From positions 1-31,747 of IMG/VR virus record IMGVR_UViG_3300020044_005823: DNA of 31,747 nt; one strand, written 5' to 3'. The DNA is from a virus (lineage: Duplodnaviria > Caudoviricetes). Position numbers and translations under genes: made by a program. Positions 14,856-24,121 of this stretch are shown piece by piece. The stretch's first letter is position 1. Each line of letters starts with the position of its first letter. The notes under the pieces are model-generated. The model did not search any database. It worked only from the letters and a program-made list of their open reading frames with translations, and was not told the DNA's origin.

Positions 14856-16391
14856 CTATACCTGACCACCCATATCGTATCTTATCTCAAATCCTAGTAT
14901 TTGCATGGTAGTGTTTTTTAGTGAACCACCAAATCGTATCGCTGCACAATGACCTTGGCCTTTGGTAGCATACCTATCAAATGTGTACTCAACTCCTGAT
15001 GACCAAGGACTACCCCAAGGACTGCCCCAAGGGGTAAACGTACTTGTTGGAGACGTAACTGATGTTAGAGCAAATCCTTGTCTGAAATCAGTGTCTAACC
15101 CGATATTCAATGTAACGCCACGACGAGTTTTAAGGATAGGTCTAATATCTTTGAACGCTTTGTAGTTAGCTCGCGAGCCATAGAAGCTAAATGCTCCAAT
15201 AGCTGAAAAGGTAATTGCTTGGCTATCTGTCGCAGTAATTGCATCAGCTTGACCAGTTTCACCAGTCCAAATTATACCAGTCGCAGAGGCATAATACGGC
15301 AAGCGATTAAACAAACAGCTTGATAAGGAGTGTTCGTCAGAGAAGAGCCGAAACTTTGTCCAACCTTTAGTATCAATCGAATAAACCAAGAAGTAACAAC
15401 CTGTGCCTGAAGTTGGTAACGAGATATAAACTCGCCTGCCTTGTGGCCAGAAAAAGCCTGTCCATTCGTGGTCAAATCCAACTTGAGTGGCAAGCTCAGA
15501 AATAAGAGGATTGATACGATAACTTAGTATGTTTAGAGCTTGCTCAGGGTCAGATTGGAAAAGACCAGAAAGCGGTACAATACCCTGCTCAGTAATTATC
15601 CATATATCGTTATTTACTCTGACGAACGCTCTATAACCTAATGGCCGTCCGACAACGTACCGAGCGACTATGCCCCATGTTGTAGGGTCACCAGCGTAGA
15701 CACCGTTGTAAAAGACTATCTCGCCTTCTGAGCTACAAGCCCAAAAGTAGTCTTGAGAGGTTGTGCTGGTTGTATTGCTGAAGCTACCAATTCCGACAAG
15801 ATAGCCACCTCGTGTGAACACATAACTAAAGTCAAAGCTGGTAAGAGCCGGAGTGCCACCACTGCCAGTTACTTGTAACCCACCGTACCAAATCTTAGCT
15901 GTGTTCTTTTCTACAAAGTATAATCGTTCTTTGTAAGCGGTGACATTAACTAGAGTATTTAGAGTAACGCCAGTAAAAGTAAGATCAGAAAAAGTAGCAG
16001 CAGTCCCATCCCATACCTGCGCATTATCTTGGCCATTACAAAGGTAAATTCTGTTGTTGTAAGTGACAGTTTGCCAATCGCCTGATGTTGGAGTTGTGCT
16101 GCCTGTACGGTCTGTTACAGCACCACCAGTTGTTACTGAGTAAAGTTTAGTATCAGTTCCAGCAACAAGCAGATTAGTTGCATCCGCTTTGATTAAAGGC
16201 GCTACAAACTTAATAGGTGTTGTACTGCCTATGTCTGCAAACTGGGTATAACCAAGACGAACGGTTGGGGCAGCGTTGCCAGGAAACACGTTTACTAAGT
16301 CCAGCGCATAGGCTGGGTCCATGTTGTCAATCGGACTTACTAGGTCCAATCCCCCGTAAGGCGGGGATACTGTGAAACCCTGAAAGGCCAT
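14856..16391 (-). CDS. tail nozzle / stabilisation protein (P22 gp10- / T7 gp12-like)
   Basis: 511 aa, beta-rich; PYGGL, NVFP....VRLGY and YKERLYF patterns; gene position. Confidence 0.75.
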   Translation of the reverse strand: MAFQGFTVSPPYGGLDLVSPIDNMDPAYALDLVNVFPGNAAPTVRLGYTQFADIGSTTPIKFVAPLIKADATNLLVAGTDTKLYSVTTGGAVTDRTGSTTPTSGDWQTVTYNNRIYLCNGQDNAQVWDGTAATFSDLTFTGVTLNTLVNVTAYKERLYFVEKNTAKIWYGGLQVTGSGGTPALTSFDFSYVFTRGGYLVGIGSFSNTTSTTSQDYFWACSSEGEIVFYNGVYAGDPTTWGIVARYVVGRPLGYRAFVRVNNDIWIITEQGIVPLSGLFQSDPEQALNILSYRINPLISELATQVGFDHEWTGFFWPQGRRVYISLPTSGTGCYFLVYSIDTKGWTKFRLFSDEHSLSSCLFNRLPYYASATGIIWTGETGQADAITATDSQAITFSAIGAFSFYGSRANYKAFKDIRPILKTRRGVTLNIGLDTDFRQGFALTSVTSPTSTFTPWGSPWGSPWSSGVEYTFDRYATKGQGHCAAIRFGGSLKNTTMQILGFEIRYDMGGQV

Positions 16392-16394
16392 TAA

Positions 16395-16979
16395 CTACCT
16401 TTTGTATGGCATCATAGGTTGATATTGCTGTGGCATTTGCTGCGACATTTGCATCTGTTTCCACTGTTCAAATGATAGCTCAGGCATTGGCATATTCATT
16501 TGTGGATTCTGCATCATTGGTTCTTGCTGTTGTCCAGCTTGCTGTAAAATACCGCTAATGCTGCTTGGTCTTTGTTGTTGTTGGAAAGCTTGCATGAATT
16601 GATTCATATCAGCCTGAGCCATTTGAGGCATTTGTCCCATCATGTTGCCAATAGGTGCTGAACCTTGACCTTCTTGTTGAGGAGCGCCAGGAGGTGTACC
16701 AAGTGGAGCAGGAGGACGAGTAGCAATTTGCCCTGGTTGCTGCTGATTCATTGCATCAACTAAACGACTTGCTTGAGTAGGTGGTGTTGCAGAACGAGGA
16801 AGTTGTCTACCGGAACTAGTTTGTAACTGACCCCTAGGACCGCGATAAACACCAGGAGAAAGCCTTTGAGGTAATGGCTTATCTGATGGAGTAACTGGCA
16901 TACCAAGGCGTCGTTTCTCTGAAGCTGGCAAAGCAACACTTACTGTTGGTTCTTTCTTCATTGCAGTTTTTCTTGCCAT
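16395..16979 (-). CDS. Gln/Pro/Met-rich low-complexity protein, candidate internal virion protein
   Basis: Tightly packed ORF; shares an N-terminal motif with 13906-14853. Confidence 0.65.
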   Translation of the reverse strand: MARKTAMKKEPTVSVALPASEKRRLGMPVTPSDKPLPQRLSPGVYRGPRGQLQTSSGRQLPRSATPPTQASRLVDAMNQQQPGQIATRPPAPLGTPPGAPQQEGQGSAPIGNMMGQMPQMAQADMNQFMQAFQQQQRPSSISGILQQAGQQQEPMMQNPQMNMPMPELSFEQWKQMQMSQQMPQQYQPMMPYKR

Positions 16980-16980
16980 A

Positions 16981-18492
16981 TTATTTTGCCTTTATGTTGC
17001 CTCTAGCTAAATCTTGAAATGATGGTTTTGCTTGTGCTGGTACAGCTTCAGTTGGTGACAAAGGAGCTGGTGGTCTAGTTTGTGGACCTCTTTGAGGTTG
17101 AACGCCAGCAGTAAGTTGTCTGGCACCACCAAGATAATAATCGTATTGATTTTGATTTATACGTTCATCTTTGATTGCTTCATCTAGCTTTGCTTTAATT
17201 TGGTCGAATGTGATGTTTTGCTGTTGTGCAAAATGTTGAGCATTTTTTATTGCAACATTGGCATCATCTTTTGCATTGCTGACAGCACCTTTTGCATACC
17301 AAGCCGATATGTCTGATGCTTTTTGTCCAACAAAACCATAAGCAGCGGCAAGTGCATCCGTTAGTGGTACGGCAGCGTTCCAAGCAGTTGGTTGCTTTTC
17401 TGCAATCTTATCAATGTTTTTCCACTTGAGAGTGCTTCCGTCTTTGCCAAAATCGTACTGAGTACCATCAGCAAGAGTCCCTTTAAAGTCCTTATCAAGA
17501 ACATTATTTTGTTGAAGTACTCCACGAATATTATCACGCATGAACTGAGCTTTACCCTTCTTGCTACCAGTCCACGAGCCAACAGCTCCGGTTATGGCTC
17601 CTATCGTTGCGCCAATTCCAGCGCCTATAGCAGTTCCAACTCCTGGAACAATAGAACCTACTCCTGCACCGATTGCTGCTCCAGATGCCGCTCCACCAAC
17701 TACACCTGTCTGAGTCCGTTTGCTTCCGGCGGCCATGTCTCCTAATGCTTGTGCGGTTTGATACCCTCCGTAAGCACCGGCAACAATGTTTAAGCCTGGT
17801 ATAACATAAGCACCCGTTGTTCCAGCTGCTGCTCCTGTTCCTATAGCTCCAGTTGCTGCTGCAAGGTTACCTGCACCAGCGGCCATGTTGATAGTGCCAC
17901 CAACTTTGTTACCTTCTTTAAAACTTTTGTATGCACCGTACATCTGTGCAAGTGCAAGGCCGCCTTGAGCTACTTGACCCCAATTTACATTATTCCAAAA
18001 ACTGGGGTCGTTTAAAGATTCTGTTGGGACTTGTTGCGTGCCACCAGTCGGAGTTTTTATTGTAGTAGTATTACCTTGAACGCTTACTACTTCGGGTGTT
18101 TTACCAGCTTGAGCAATACCACTAGCTGCTCCACCTTGCTGTTGTGCAGCTAAAGCATCCAAATCTAATGTTTGACCTGGGACTGGTCGAGTAATCCCAA
18201 TGCTTCCAGAAGGATCGTAAGTAGGTTGTTTAAATAAATCTTTTACATTTGGAAAGCCGCGTAAGGCTTCTTGAGTGAGAAGAATACCGCCAACCGTTCC
18301 ACCAGTTTGAGCTAGAGCATTACTTTGAGCTTGATTAGCTTGTTGACGCGCTCGTTCTTCTGGTGTTTTAGGTGCACCAAAACGTTGCTGAACCATTTGA
18401 GCAGCTTGTAAAGCTGGCACTCTTTGAGTCTGAAGCCAAAGGTAATAAGCTCGTGGGTCTTGCTGGGTAATGGTTGGTTCTTGTCCGTTCAT
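16981..18492 (-). CDS. glycine-zipper protein, candidate ejection/membrane-channel protein
   Basis: GAASGAAIGAGVGSIVPGVGTAIGAGIGATIGAITG glycine zipper. Confidence 0.7.
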   Translation of the reverse strand: MNGQEPTITQQDPRAYYLWLQTQRVPALQAAQMVQQRFGAPKTPEERARQQANQAQSNALAQTGGTVGGILLTQEALRGFPNVKDLFKQPTYDPSGSIGITRPVPGQTLDLDALAAQQQGGAASGIAQAGKTPEVVSVQGNTTTIKTPTGGTQQVPTESLNDPSFWNNVNWGQVAQGGLALAQMYGAYKSFKEGNKVGGTINMAAGAGNLAAATGAIGTGAAAGTTGAYVIPGLNIVAGAYGGYQTAQALGDMAAGSKRTQTGVVGGAASGAAIGAGVGSIVPGVGTAIGAGIGATIGAITGAVGSWTGSKKGKAQFMRDNIRGVLQQNNVLDKDFKGTLADGTQYDFGKDGSTLKWKNIDKIAEKQPTAWNAAVPLTDALAAAYGFVGQKASDISAWYAKGAVSNAKDDANVAIKNAQHFAQQQNITFDQIKAKLDEAIKDERINQNQYDYYLGGARQLTAGVQPQRGPQTRPPAPLSPTEAVPAQAKPSFQDLARGNIKAK

Positions 18493-18494
18493 AA

Positions 18495-19358
18495 TTATAT
18501 CCAGGTACCAAACACTGCTACGCCATTTCTAGCAAACATTGGATCACGCATGTGACCTCCGGCATAGAGAACTTTCCCGTTTTGATCTCTACTAAATTCT
18601 TCATTTAGTTGCATATCAAATCGTGGACGTATGCTGTCTAAACCGTGAATCTCTGCAAACCTTTCTAAGATACCTTGTTCAAGTAGTTTCTCTTGAAAAA
18701 CGCTACGGTCTGTATTGGCTAAAAACTCATTGTAAGGACCGTTGTAGTAGTCCCATGTCACACCACCATCGGATACACTTCCGCTCGTGTGCGTTGGCGC
18801 GGTGCCTCCTGTCGTCCCACCAGCAGTGGTTTGATAGTAGTTGCCGTTGTAGAAGCAGTAAGAGTTGGCAGCAAACGCTGTAGAGGCAGTCCAAGTTACT
18901 GGCCGCACCGAACGATCTGCAATGTACTCAAAGATGATTACATCACCGCCATAGGTAGCTCCTGGGGTTGGAGAAATAAGAAGTTCAGAGTTAGTAATAC
19001 CTCTGATTTGAAATCTTTGATAAACAGCAGTGTTAAGTCCAAAACCTTGAATCTCTGCAAATTCTTGAGGAGTCATAGGACCAAGAACTCTCCAACGAGT
19101 GCTTTGATTCCAAAATGTTTCGTAATGATAATAAGAAAAAGCCGCTGGTAGTTGGTAAGTTGCTTGACCCCCTACCAGCGTTATTGAACCAGAAGCGTAG
19201 CACTTGGGCCATGGGTACGCTTCAAAGATGTCACGGTTGATTCTATTTGCGATAGCAAGGAGCTGCTTAGTTGTAACTTCATTAGAGGCGAGAATATTAG
19301 TCTCGACTGTATAGCCAGCTTCGTTTGCTACGTTTTGAATAACCGTTGAAATCGTCAT
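18495..19358 (-). CDS. head-tail adaptor (tail tubular protein A-like) with inserted CBM-like module
   Basis: N-terminal helices, YPW...G...YQLP..F, LLISPTP; gene position. Confidence 0.75.
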   Translation of the reverse strand: MTISTVIQNVANEAGYTVETNILASNEVTTKQLLAIANRINRDIFEAYPWPKCYASGSITLVGGQATYQLPAAFSYYHYETFWNQSTRWRVLGPMTPQEFAEIQGFGLNTAVYQRFQIRGITNSELLISPTPGATYGGDVIIFEYIADRSVRPVTWTASTAFAANSYCFYNGNYYQTTAGGTTGGTAPTHTSGSVSDGGVTWDYYNGPYNEFLANTDRSVFQEKLLEQGILERFAEIHGLDSIRPRFDMQLNEEFSRDQNGKVLYAGGHMRDPMFARNGVAVFGTWI

Positions 19359-20068
19359 ACTTTTCTAGGTCGTCCTCTTCTTCGCACTTCTGGTGCTGCG
19401 TCTCTTTCATCTTCAGCTTCGATGATACCTTCTTCCAGAGCTTCCAAAGGCGTTGCTAGTGCCTCAGTAGAACGGATCACCTCCTTTCGTTGGTCACGAA
19501 GGTCAATGCCCTCGTTGGCTTCGACACGCTGCAAAAGAAGCTCAACCTTATGCTCTAGTGCTTTGCGCCGAGAAGTTTCAACGTCTAACAACTGCTTGAA
19601 TTTAACTACTTCACCTTGGTCTGATTCTGCTGCTTCTAACCAATCTTTGGCTAATTTTACGAACTTAGACAAGGGGCCAAGTTTCCGTTTTACTTCGTCT
19701 GATGCAGCGGATAACTGCTCTACGGTTTTAAAACCAAGGTACTGCAATTCACGCATAGCTGAACCAGTCATCATTGGCCATTCAGCTAAAGGTGAACCTT
19801 CTGATACTGGGTCTGAACCAGCTTTAAAACGAGCGTAAAGCTCTGGGTACTCTGCCATGTCCTGCGGCTCAATCTTACGAACCGTCTCATCCATGCCAGG
19901 CCATTGGATAGAAATGGAAGGAATCTCGTCAAAAATAGGACGACCTTGCGCTAACGACTTTTCTCGGTTCTCGTTATAAGCAAAGAAGAATTTAATGTTT
20001 GCGCCACTGTACCGCTTTTTTGGCTGCGAATTACCGCTCATAATGCTCTGCCAATCAATTTGTGCCAT
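19355..20068 (-). CDS. hypothetical morphogenesis-region protein with C-terminal AT-hook-like motif
   Basis: FKTVEQLSAASD segment, coiled coil and RRRGRPRK terminus. Confidence 0.75.
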   Translation of the reverse strand: MAQIDWQSIMSGNSQPKKRYSGANIKFFFAYNENREKSLAQGRPIFDEIPSISIQWPGMDETVRKIEPQDMAEYPELYARFKAGSDPVSEGSPLAEWPMMTGSAMRELQYLGFKTVEQLSAASDEVKRKLGPLSKFVKLAKDWLEAAESDQGEVVKFKQLLDVETSRRKALEHKVELLLQRVEANEGIDLRDQRKEVIRSTEALATPLEALEEGIIEAEDERDAAPEVRRRGRPRKV

Positions 20069-20134
20069 AAATTTACCCTTTTAAAGGATTAGGTTTAACT
20101 ATCTATAGCACATTATTACGCATTTTTATATTTC

Positions 20135-20911
20135 TTAGGGAGGCCCATTTTTATAAGGATGTCCTACAGGTAACCCTGCTTGTAAATTCCATTTCCAAGC
20201 CAAATAACCTTCAACCTTCTGTCGGTTGATTGTGGACAATAAACCAGCAAATATTAGAACCTCTCCATATCGGGTATTAGAATGAGTATTTACTGTGACT
20301 CCATCCCAAGCCAATGCTAAACCACCTAAACTTTGAGTGCCTACGCTTTGTACACCTGCGGCAGTACCGTTTGTATAAACGTTAGAAGAAGCACCATTTA
20401 CTTCTGCTACTCGGATGTAATTTGTGCCAGCGACACAAGACACATCGGTTCCAGTAGCCAATCCTGCTACCAGCCTAATAGCGTTGGTAGCACCTGTTGG
20501 GTAATAAAAATCACCCTGGTCCGTAGTGCCAGTTGGTGGAAAACTCTGAGAAACCCAACGACCTTTTGTTACTACAACAGGATTAAAAACTAATACTCTA
20601 GTAAATGGCTGTGCAACAGTAGCCCAACTAGCTACGTTCAAAGAATCGTTTACACCATCTGTAACGATTGCACTAAATCCACCAATTTGATTGGTAGAAA
20701 GCACTGGCCTATTGACTGAAGTAGCTTGCGTAGCGTTTCTATTATTGCCGCTACGATCAGACCACTGGCTGACCGCTCCACTTGTTATGACTACGCTGCT
20801 TGTAACTTGAGCGTCTAACCAAACGGCAGGACTAAGAGTTGCAGGGTTAAACCTGTTGCTACCTCTTATGACCCCACCTGATGTTGAGTTATTTGCTATG
20901 CCAATAAACAT
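20135..20911 (-). CDS. head fibre, LamG/concanavalin-like domain (start reassigned to MFIGIANN)
   Basis: VWLDA...VSQWSDRSGNNRNATQ...EVLIF...RQKVEGYLAWKW; ATG at 20911 follows the previous stop. Confidence 0.7.
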   Translation of the reverse strand: MFIGIANNSTSGGVIRGSNRFNPATLSPAVWLDAQVTSSVVITSGAVSQWSDRSGNNRNATQATSVNRPVLSTNQIGGFSAIVTDGVNDSLNVASWATVAQPFTRVLVFNPVVVTKGRWVSQSFPPTGTTDQGDFYYPTGATNAIRLVAGLATGTDVSCVAGTNYIRVAEVNGASSNVYTNGTAAGVQSVGTQSLGGLALAWDGVTVNTHSNTRYGEVLIFAGLLSTINRQKVEGYLAWKWNLQAGLPVGHPYKNGPP

Positions 20912-20912
20912 T

Positions 20913-21167
20913 TTAGTACAAAGCAACAATAAGCGTTGCAGAAGTTGCGGCCATAACATTTTTAGCAAACACCGGTAACAGTGTCCCCGCTGGTACAGTT
21001 AGTGAAACAGCTGCGGAATCATCGACGCATTTGAGGCTTACAACACCTGCGCCACCTACCCACAAAGCTCTACAACCAGTTAGGTCGGTAGAATCTGACG
21101 GAGTAACAGCAGCAACACGTCGAGCGGAAAAAAGAGCAGTTGGATTAGAGGGTGTAAAATCTGGCAT
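20913..21167 (-). CDS. head spike base protein, RcGTA Rcc01079-like
   Basis: VTPSDSTDL...RALWVGGAG...VPAGTLLPV...V.A signature. Confidence 0.8.
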   Translation of the reverse strand: MPDFTPSNPTALFSARRVAAVTPSDSTDLTGCRALWVGGAGVVSLKCVDDSAAVSLTVPAGTLLPVFAKNVMAATSATLIVALY

Positions 21168-21176
21168 AAATCACCT

Positions 21177-21201
21177 AAAAAATCGGGGGCTTTTCACCCC
21201 C
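21177..21201 (-). terminator. intrinsic terminator-like hairpin
   Basis: GGGGG-TGAAAAG-CCCCC-GA-TTTTTT on the minus strand. Confidence 0.6.
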
Positions 21202-21208
21202 ATTGAAG

Positions 21209-21532
21209 CTATGTAGCTTTTGTGAACTTGAGATAGAAGTAAGAGGTGCCATTCGATACTACTACAAAGCAGTTAGTATCAGCATCAGCATCTTTTACAA
21301 CACCTACAAAACCAGCACCAACTGTAGCTGGAGCACCGAACGAAGTCGTAAGCTCTGCTGCTGTTGGTGTAGTATCACCTACGTTGTTGATTGCTTGCTT
21401 GGTACGAATACCAGCAGCAGTAGCAACTACCTGTCCGGTAGGTGTTACGGTGCCACTGAAAACGCCATCAGCAGTTGCCGAAGCAAGCTCTGCTGGCATA
21501 CCAAGTCCAATCAATGTGGTTGCGCTTGCCAT
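21209..21532 (-). CDS. small structural protein, likely head decoration
   Basis: Ala/Thr/Gly-rich with LIGLGMPAELA N-terminus; AGGAG ribosome-binding site. Confidence 0.65.
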   Translation of the reverse strand: MASATTLIGLGMPAELASATADGVFSGTVTPTGQVVATAAGIRTKQAINNVGDTTPTAAELTTSFGAPATVGAGFVGVVKDADADTNCFVVVSNGTSYFYLKFTKAT

Positions 21533-21542
21533 AAATTCTCCT

Positions 21543-21573
21543 AAAAAAGAGGGAGCTGTACAAGCCTCCCTCT
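21543..21573 (-). terminator. intrinsic terminator after the capsid and cement genes
   Basis: AGAGGGAG-loop-CTCCCTCT-TTTTT on the minus strand. Confidence 0.75.
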
Positions 21574-21582
21574 ATTACACAA

Positions 21583-22065
21583 CTAGGTTGTGATGATTGA
21601 AGTGGAAGCAAGCTCTACAGCCTGAGTTCCTGTAGTAGCTGTGAGACCTACTACTCCAATCAATTTGGTTGTAGCAGTGTCATCAGCAGAGCCGGCAGTA
21701 GCAGTTGTGTAAAGGGTGTTCTTAGCAACATATCCAGTGAGGATGCTGCCTTTAATTCCCTTACCCGTTCCACCACCTTGCGCTCCACCAACCCATACCC
21801 AAAGGTACTCGTTGTCAGCAGCAGCTACCTGAGCAGCACCAACTTGGCTGGTTTGAGCAGCAAGAGTCGTTGTGCACTTAGCAGCTTGGCCATCAACATC
21901 AATATGAACAAAGTCATACTGAGCGATTGCGCCATTTGCCTGAACAAACACAAATTGACCCTCTGGCAAACTTCCAACGGCACGAAGCTGTGCTGGAAGA
22001 GAGAGATTATCCGTGGTTGTAAAGGTTTTTAAATAATTAACTCCGAATGATCCTGAACCTGACAT
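21583..22065 (-). CDS. capsid cement/decoration protein
   Basis: Directly downstream of the capsid gene; FVFVQANGAI, EYLWVWVGG and LYTTATAGSADD; GGAGG ribosome-binding site. Confidence 0.7.
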   Translation of the reverse strand: MSGSGSFGVNYLKTFTTTDNLSLPAQLRAVGSLPEGQFVFVQANGAIAQYDFVHIDVDGQAAKCTTTLAAQTSQVGAAQVAAADNEYLWVWVGGAQGGGTGKGIKGSILTGYVAKNTLYTTATAGSADDTATTKLIGVVGLTATTGTQAVELASTSIITT

Positions 22066-22083
22066 ATTCTGTTACCTCCAAAA

Positions 22084-23040
22084 TTAAGCGTAAATAACAG
22101 CCTGAAGTGCAGGAGCAGCGCAACAGAGGTTTCCTTCAACGATAATAACCGTGAAGAAAGCATCTTGATCCACTGGACGAGCCATTTCAGGAGCCAAAGG
22201 CTTGAAATCTGCGCCTCGGACTAAATCCATCGACCAGTACTTCGTATTAAGAAGTCGGCATGAATTAGTCTCAAGCACTGAAGAACCGTATCCACCGTCG
22301 AATACGAAATCGCATCCGTCGTACTGAAGCACACGGAACCCAGCTACAGCTTTCTTGGTAGGAAGCTGAATACGCTGAATAGCGGTGAGAGAGCTGTGGA
22401 GGTACTTCCAAGCTACACGATCCATGATTCCAAGGTCAGGCTGTTCATCGCCACGAGTAACTTGCGAAATCGCGTCGGTGATAGTCTCTTGAACGTTAGA
22501 AGCAGAGAGAGTTGTATTTACTGCAAGGTTGCGTGCCCAAGCATTTGATACGCGATCAATGGTTCCGTAGGTTCCGCTCGATGGAGATGTAGAAATTGCT
22601 TTCTTCAAACCATCAAACTCAAGTCCGCTGCTTCCTGTTCCATCGCCACGAAGGGATGTAGAAACTGTGTTCTTGAGACGAGCTACAGCAGCCTTAATCT
22701 TGCTTTCTGCAAGGTCAAGGAGAGCTGCTTCGTCACGGTTAGCACGTCGATCACGTCCAGAGATTGCTACAGGCTCATAGCACTGCTTGATAGCAAATCG
22801 GAACGCCGTAAGGTCGTCGATTGCAGCAAGGTTGAACGAATCAAATCCAGCGTAGAATCCACCCTGAGCTGCATCATTGTACATGATGGGCTTACGGAGT
22901 TCATATCCACCAGAAAATTTACGAATGAGACCCTGATCGTCAAGAGATGCAAGAACTGGGTTGTGATGAAGAACTTCATCAGCAATAGCATCCGACTGAT
23001 CGAAAAGGGTCGCTACGATTGCCTCTTCCAAATTAGCCAT
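22084..23040 (-). CDS. major capsid protein (HK97 fold)
   Basis: 318 aa after the scaffold gene; IAD.V..HNP.L, SGG..LRKPIMY, GDGTG...FDGL and AGF..L.Y.G.D.VFD patterns. Confidence 0.85.
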   Translation of the reverse strand: MANLEEAIVATLFDQSDAIADEVLHHNPVLASLDDQGLIRKFSGGYELRKPIMYNDAAQGGFYAGFDSFNLAAIDDLTAFRFAIKQCYEPVAISGRDRRANRDEAALLDLAESKIKAAVARLKNTVSTSLRGDGTGSSGLEFDGLKKAISTSPSSGTYGTIDRVSNAWARNLAVNTTLSASNVQETITDAISQVTRGDEQPDLGIMDRVAWKYLHSSLTAIQRIQLPTKKAVAGFRVLQYDGCDFVFDGGYGSSVLETNSCRLLNTKYWSMDLVRGADFKPLAPEMARPVDQDAFFTVIIVEGNLCCAAPALQAVIYA

Positions 23041-23089
23041 TTTAATTATCCTCTAAAGTTTAGTGGACAACCTAGTGGCTATGATTTGA

Positions 23090-24121
23090 CTAATCGCCAG
23101 TCATGCGCCGCCGCAGGTTATCCCGAATGTCTTTCGTTACTACCCTGGGGGTTCCGCTGCCAGCAGAGCCAGATATTGATCTAGCAGCTTGCTTTGCCCT
23201 TTGCGTGGCTTGCATTTGCTGCTGTATGACCGGCTTGGCCTGAAGTTTTTGATTCAGGTTGGCAAATACCGGATTACCATTCACCACATAATTATAGGCA
23301 GTTTCTAGGATCTCCTCTTGGGAGCTATATCTGCCTGTTTGGGTTAAAGCTCGTACCACGGGGGCCATCTCACCTTCCAGTTGGGAAGCTGTTTCTGGGT
23401 CGCGGAACAAAGGCTTCTGGTTCATGAAAGATTCTACAATCTTTTGATTCATGTACTCAACTGCCTTTTTTTCTTGCTCAGCGTGTAGAGACTGCCAACG
23501 CTCCTCTGCAATTCGCTCTGCATCAGCACGAGTAAGGTAGTCTTGTTCTACGCTGTGAGCTTCTGTTTGGTTTTCTCCAATAAGTTCTTCAGGAGAAATG
23601 CCGTAGGATTCGAGCCATTCACGAGCTGTAGCATGAGGGCTATTCTTCATCGCCCTGTCCCAAGCTACTGAGCGTTTAGCTACATCTTGAATTGATATAC
23701 CCTCTTTGGCGTAGTCTTCCTCGTATTGTTTAATAGTGTTGTAAACTGTCGAGTTTCGCTCGATTAACTGATTAAGCTCTTGAGCCTTACGGTCATATTG
23801 AGTCCGAGTTTCGTGAGCACGTCGATTAAGGTAGCCTTGAAGGACATGAGAGTTTTCAGACGTAGGATTAAGAAAAGCTTCCTTCTCAGCTTTATTCATA
23901 TCAGCCGGAGGAGCATAAACAATCTGCTCAGACTGTGCCGCTGGTGCAGAAGTTTCAACTTCGGAATCCTCTTCCTTGGTTTCTTCAACTGCTTCTGTCT
24001 TACTTACTTCATCATTTTGACTATGAAGTTGCTTACGCAATGAATGACGAATTTGTAAGTCAGTTTCATTCCGATCTGGGGTTACATCTTCAGGGGTTAC
24101 TTCGGTTACATTATCTTCCAT
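23090..24121 (-). CDS. capsid scaffolding protein
   Basis: Acidic N-terminus, long helices, LETAYNYVV and SISGS..SG C-terminus; directly upstream of the capsid gene. Confidence 0.75.
   Translation of the reverse strand: MEDNVTEVTPEDVTPDRNETDLQIRHSLRKQLHSQNDEVSKTEAVEETKEEDSEVETSAPAAQSEQIVYAPPADMNKAEKEAFLNPTSENSHVLQGYLNRRAHETRTQYDRKAQELNQLIERNSTVYNTIKQYEEDYAKEGISIQDVAKRSVAWDRAMKNSPHATAREWLESYGISPEELIGENQTEAHSVEQDYLTRADAERIAEERWQSLHAEQEKKAVEYMNQKIVESFMNQKPLFRDPETASQLEGEMAPVVRALTQTGRYSSQEEILETAYNYVVNGNPVFANLNQKLQAKPVIQQQMQATQRAKQAARSISGSAGSGTPRVVTKDIRDNLRRRMTGD

Noticed and set aside
20912-20968. Signal-peptide-like extension of the LamG-like ORF
   Set aside because: It lies within the spike-base gene in another frame; the ATG at 20911 follows that gene's stop.
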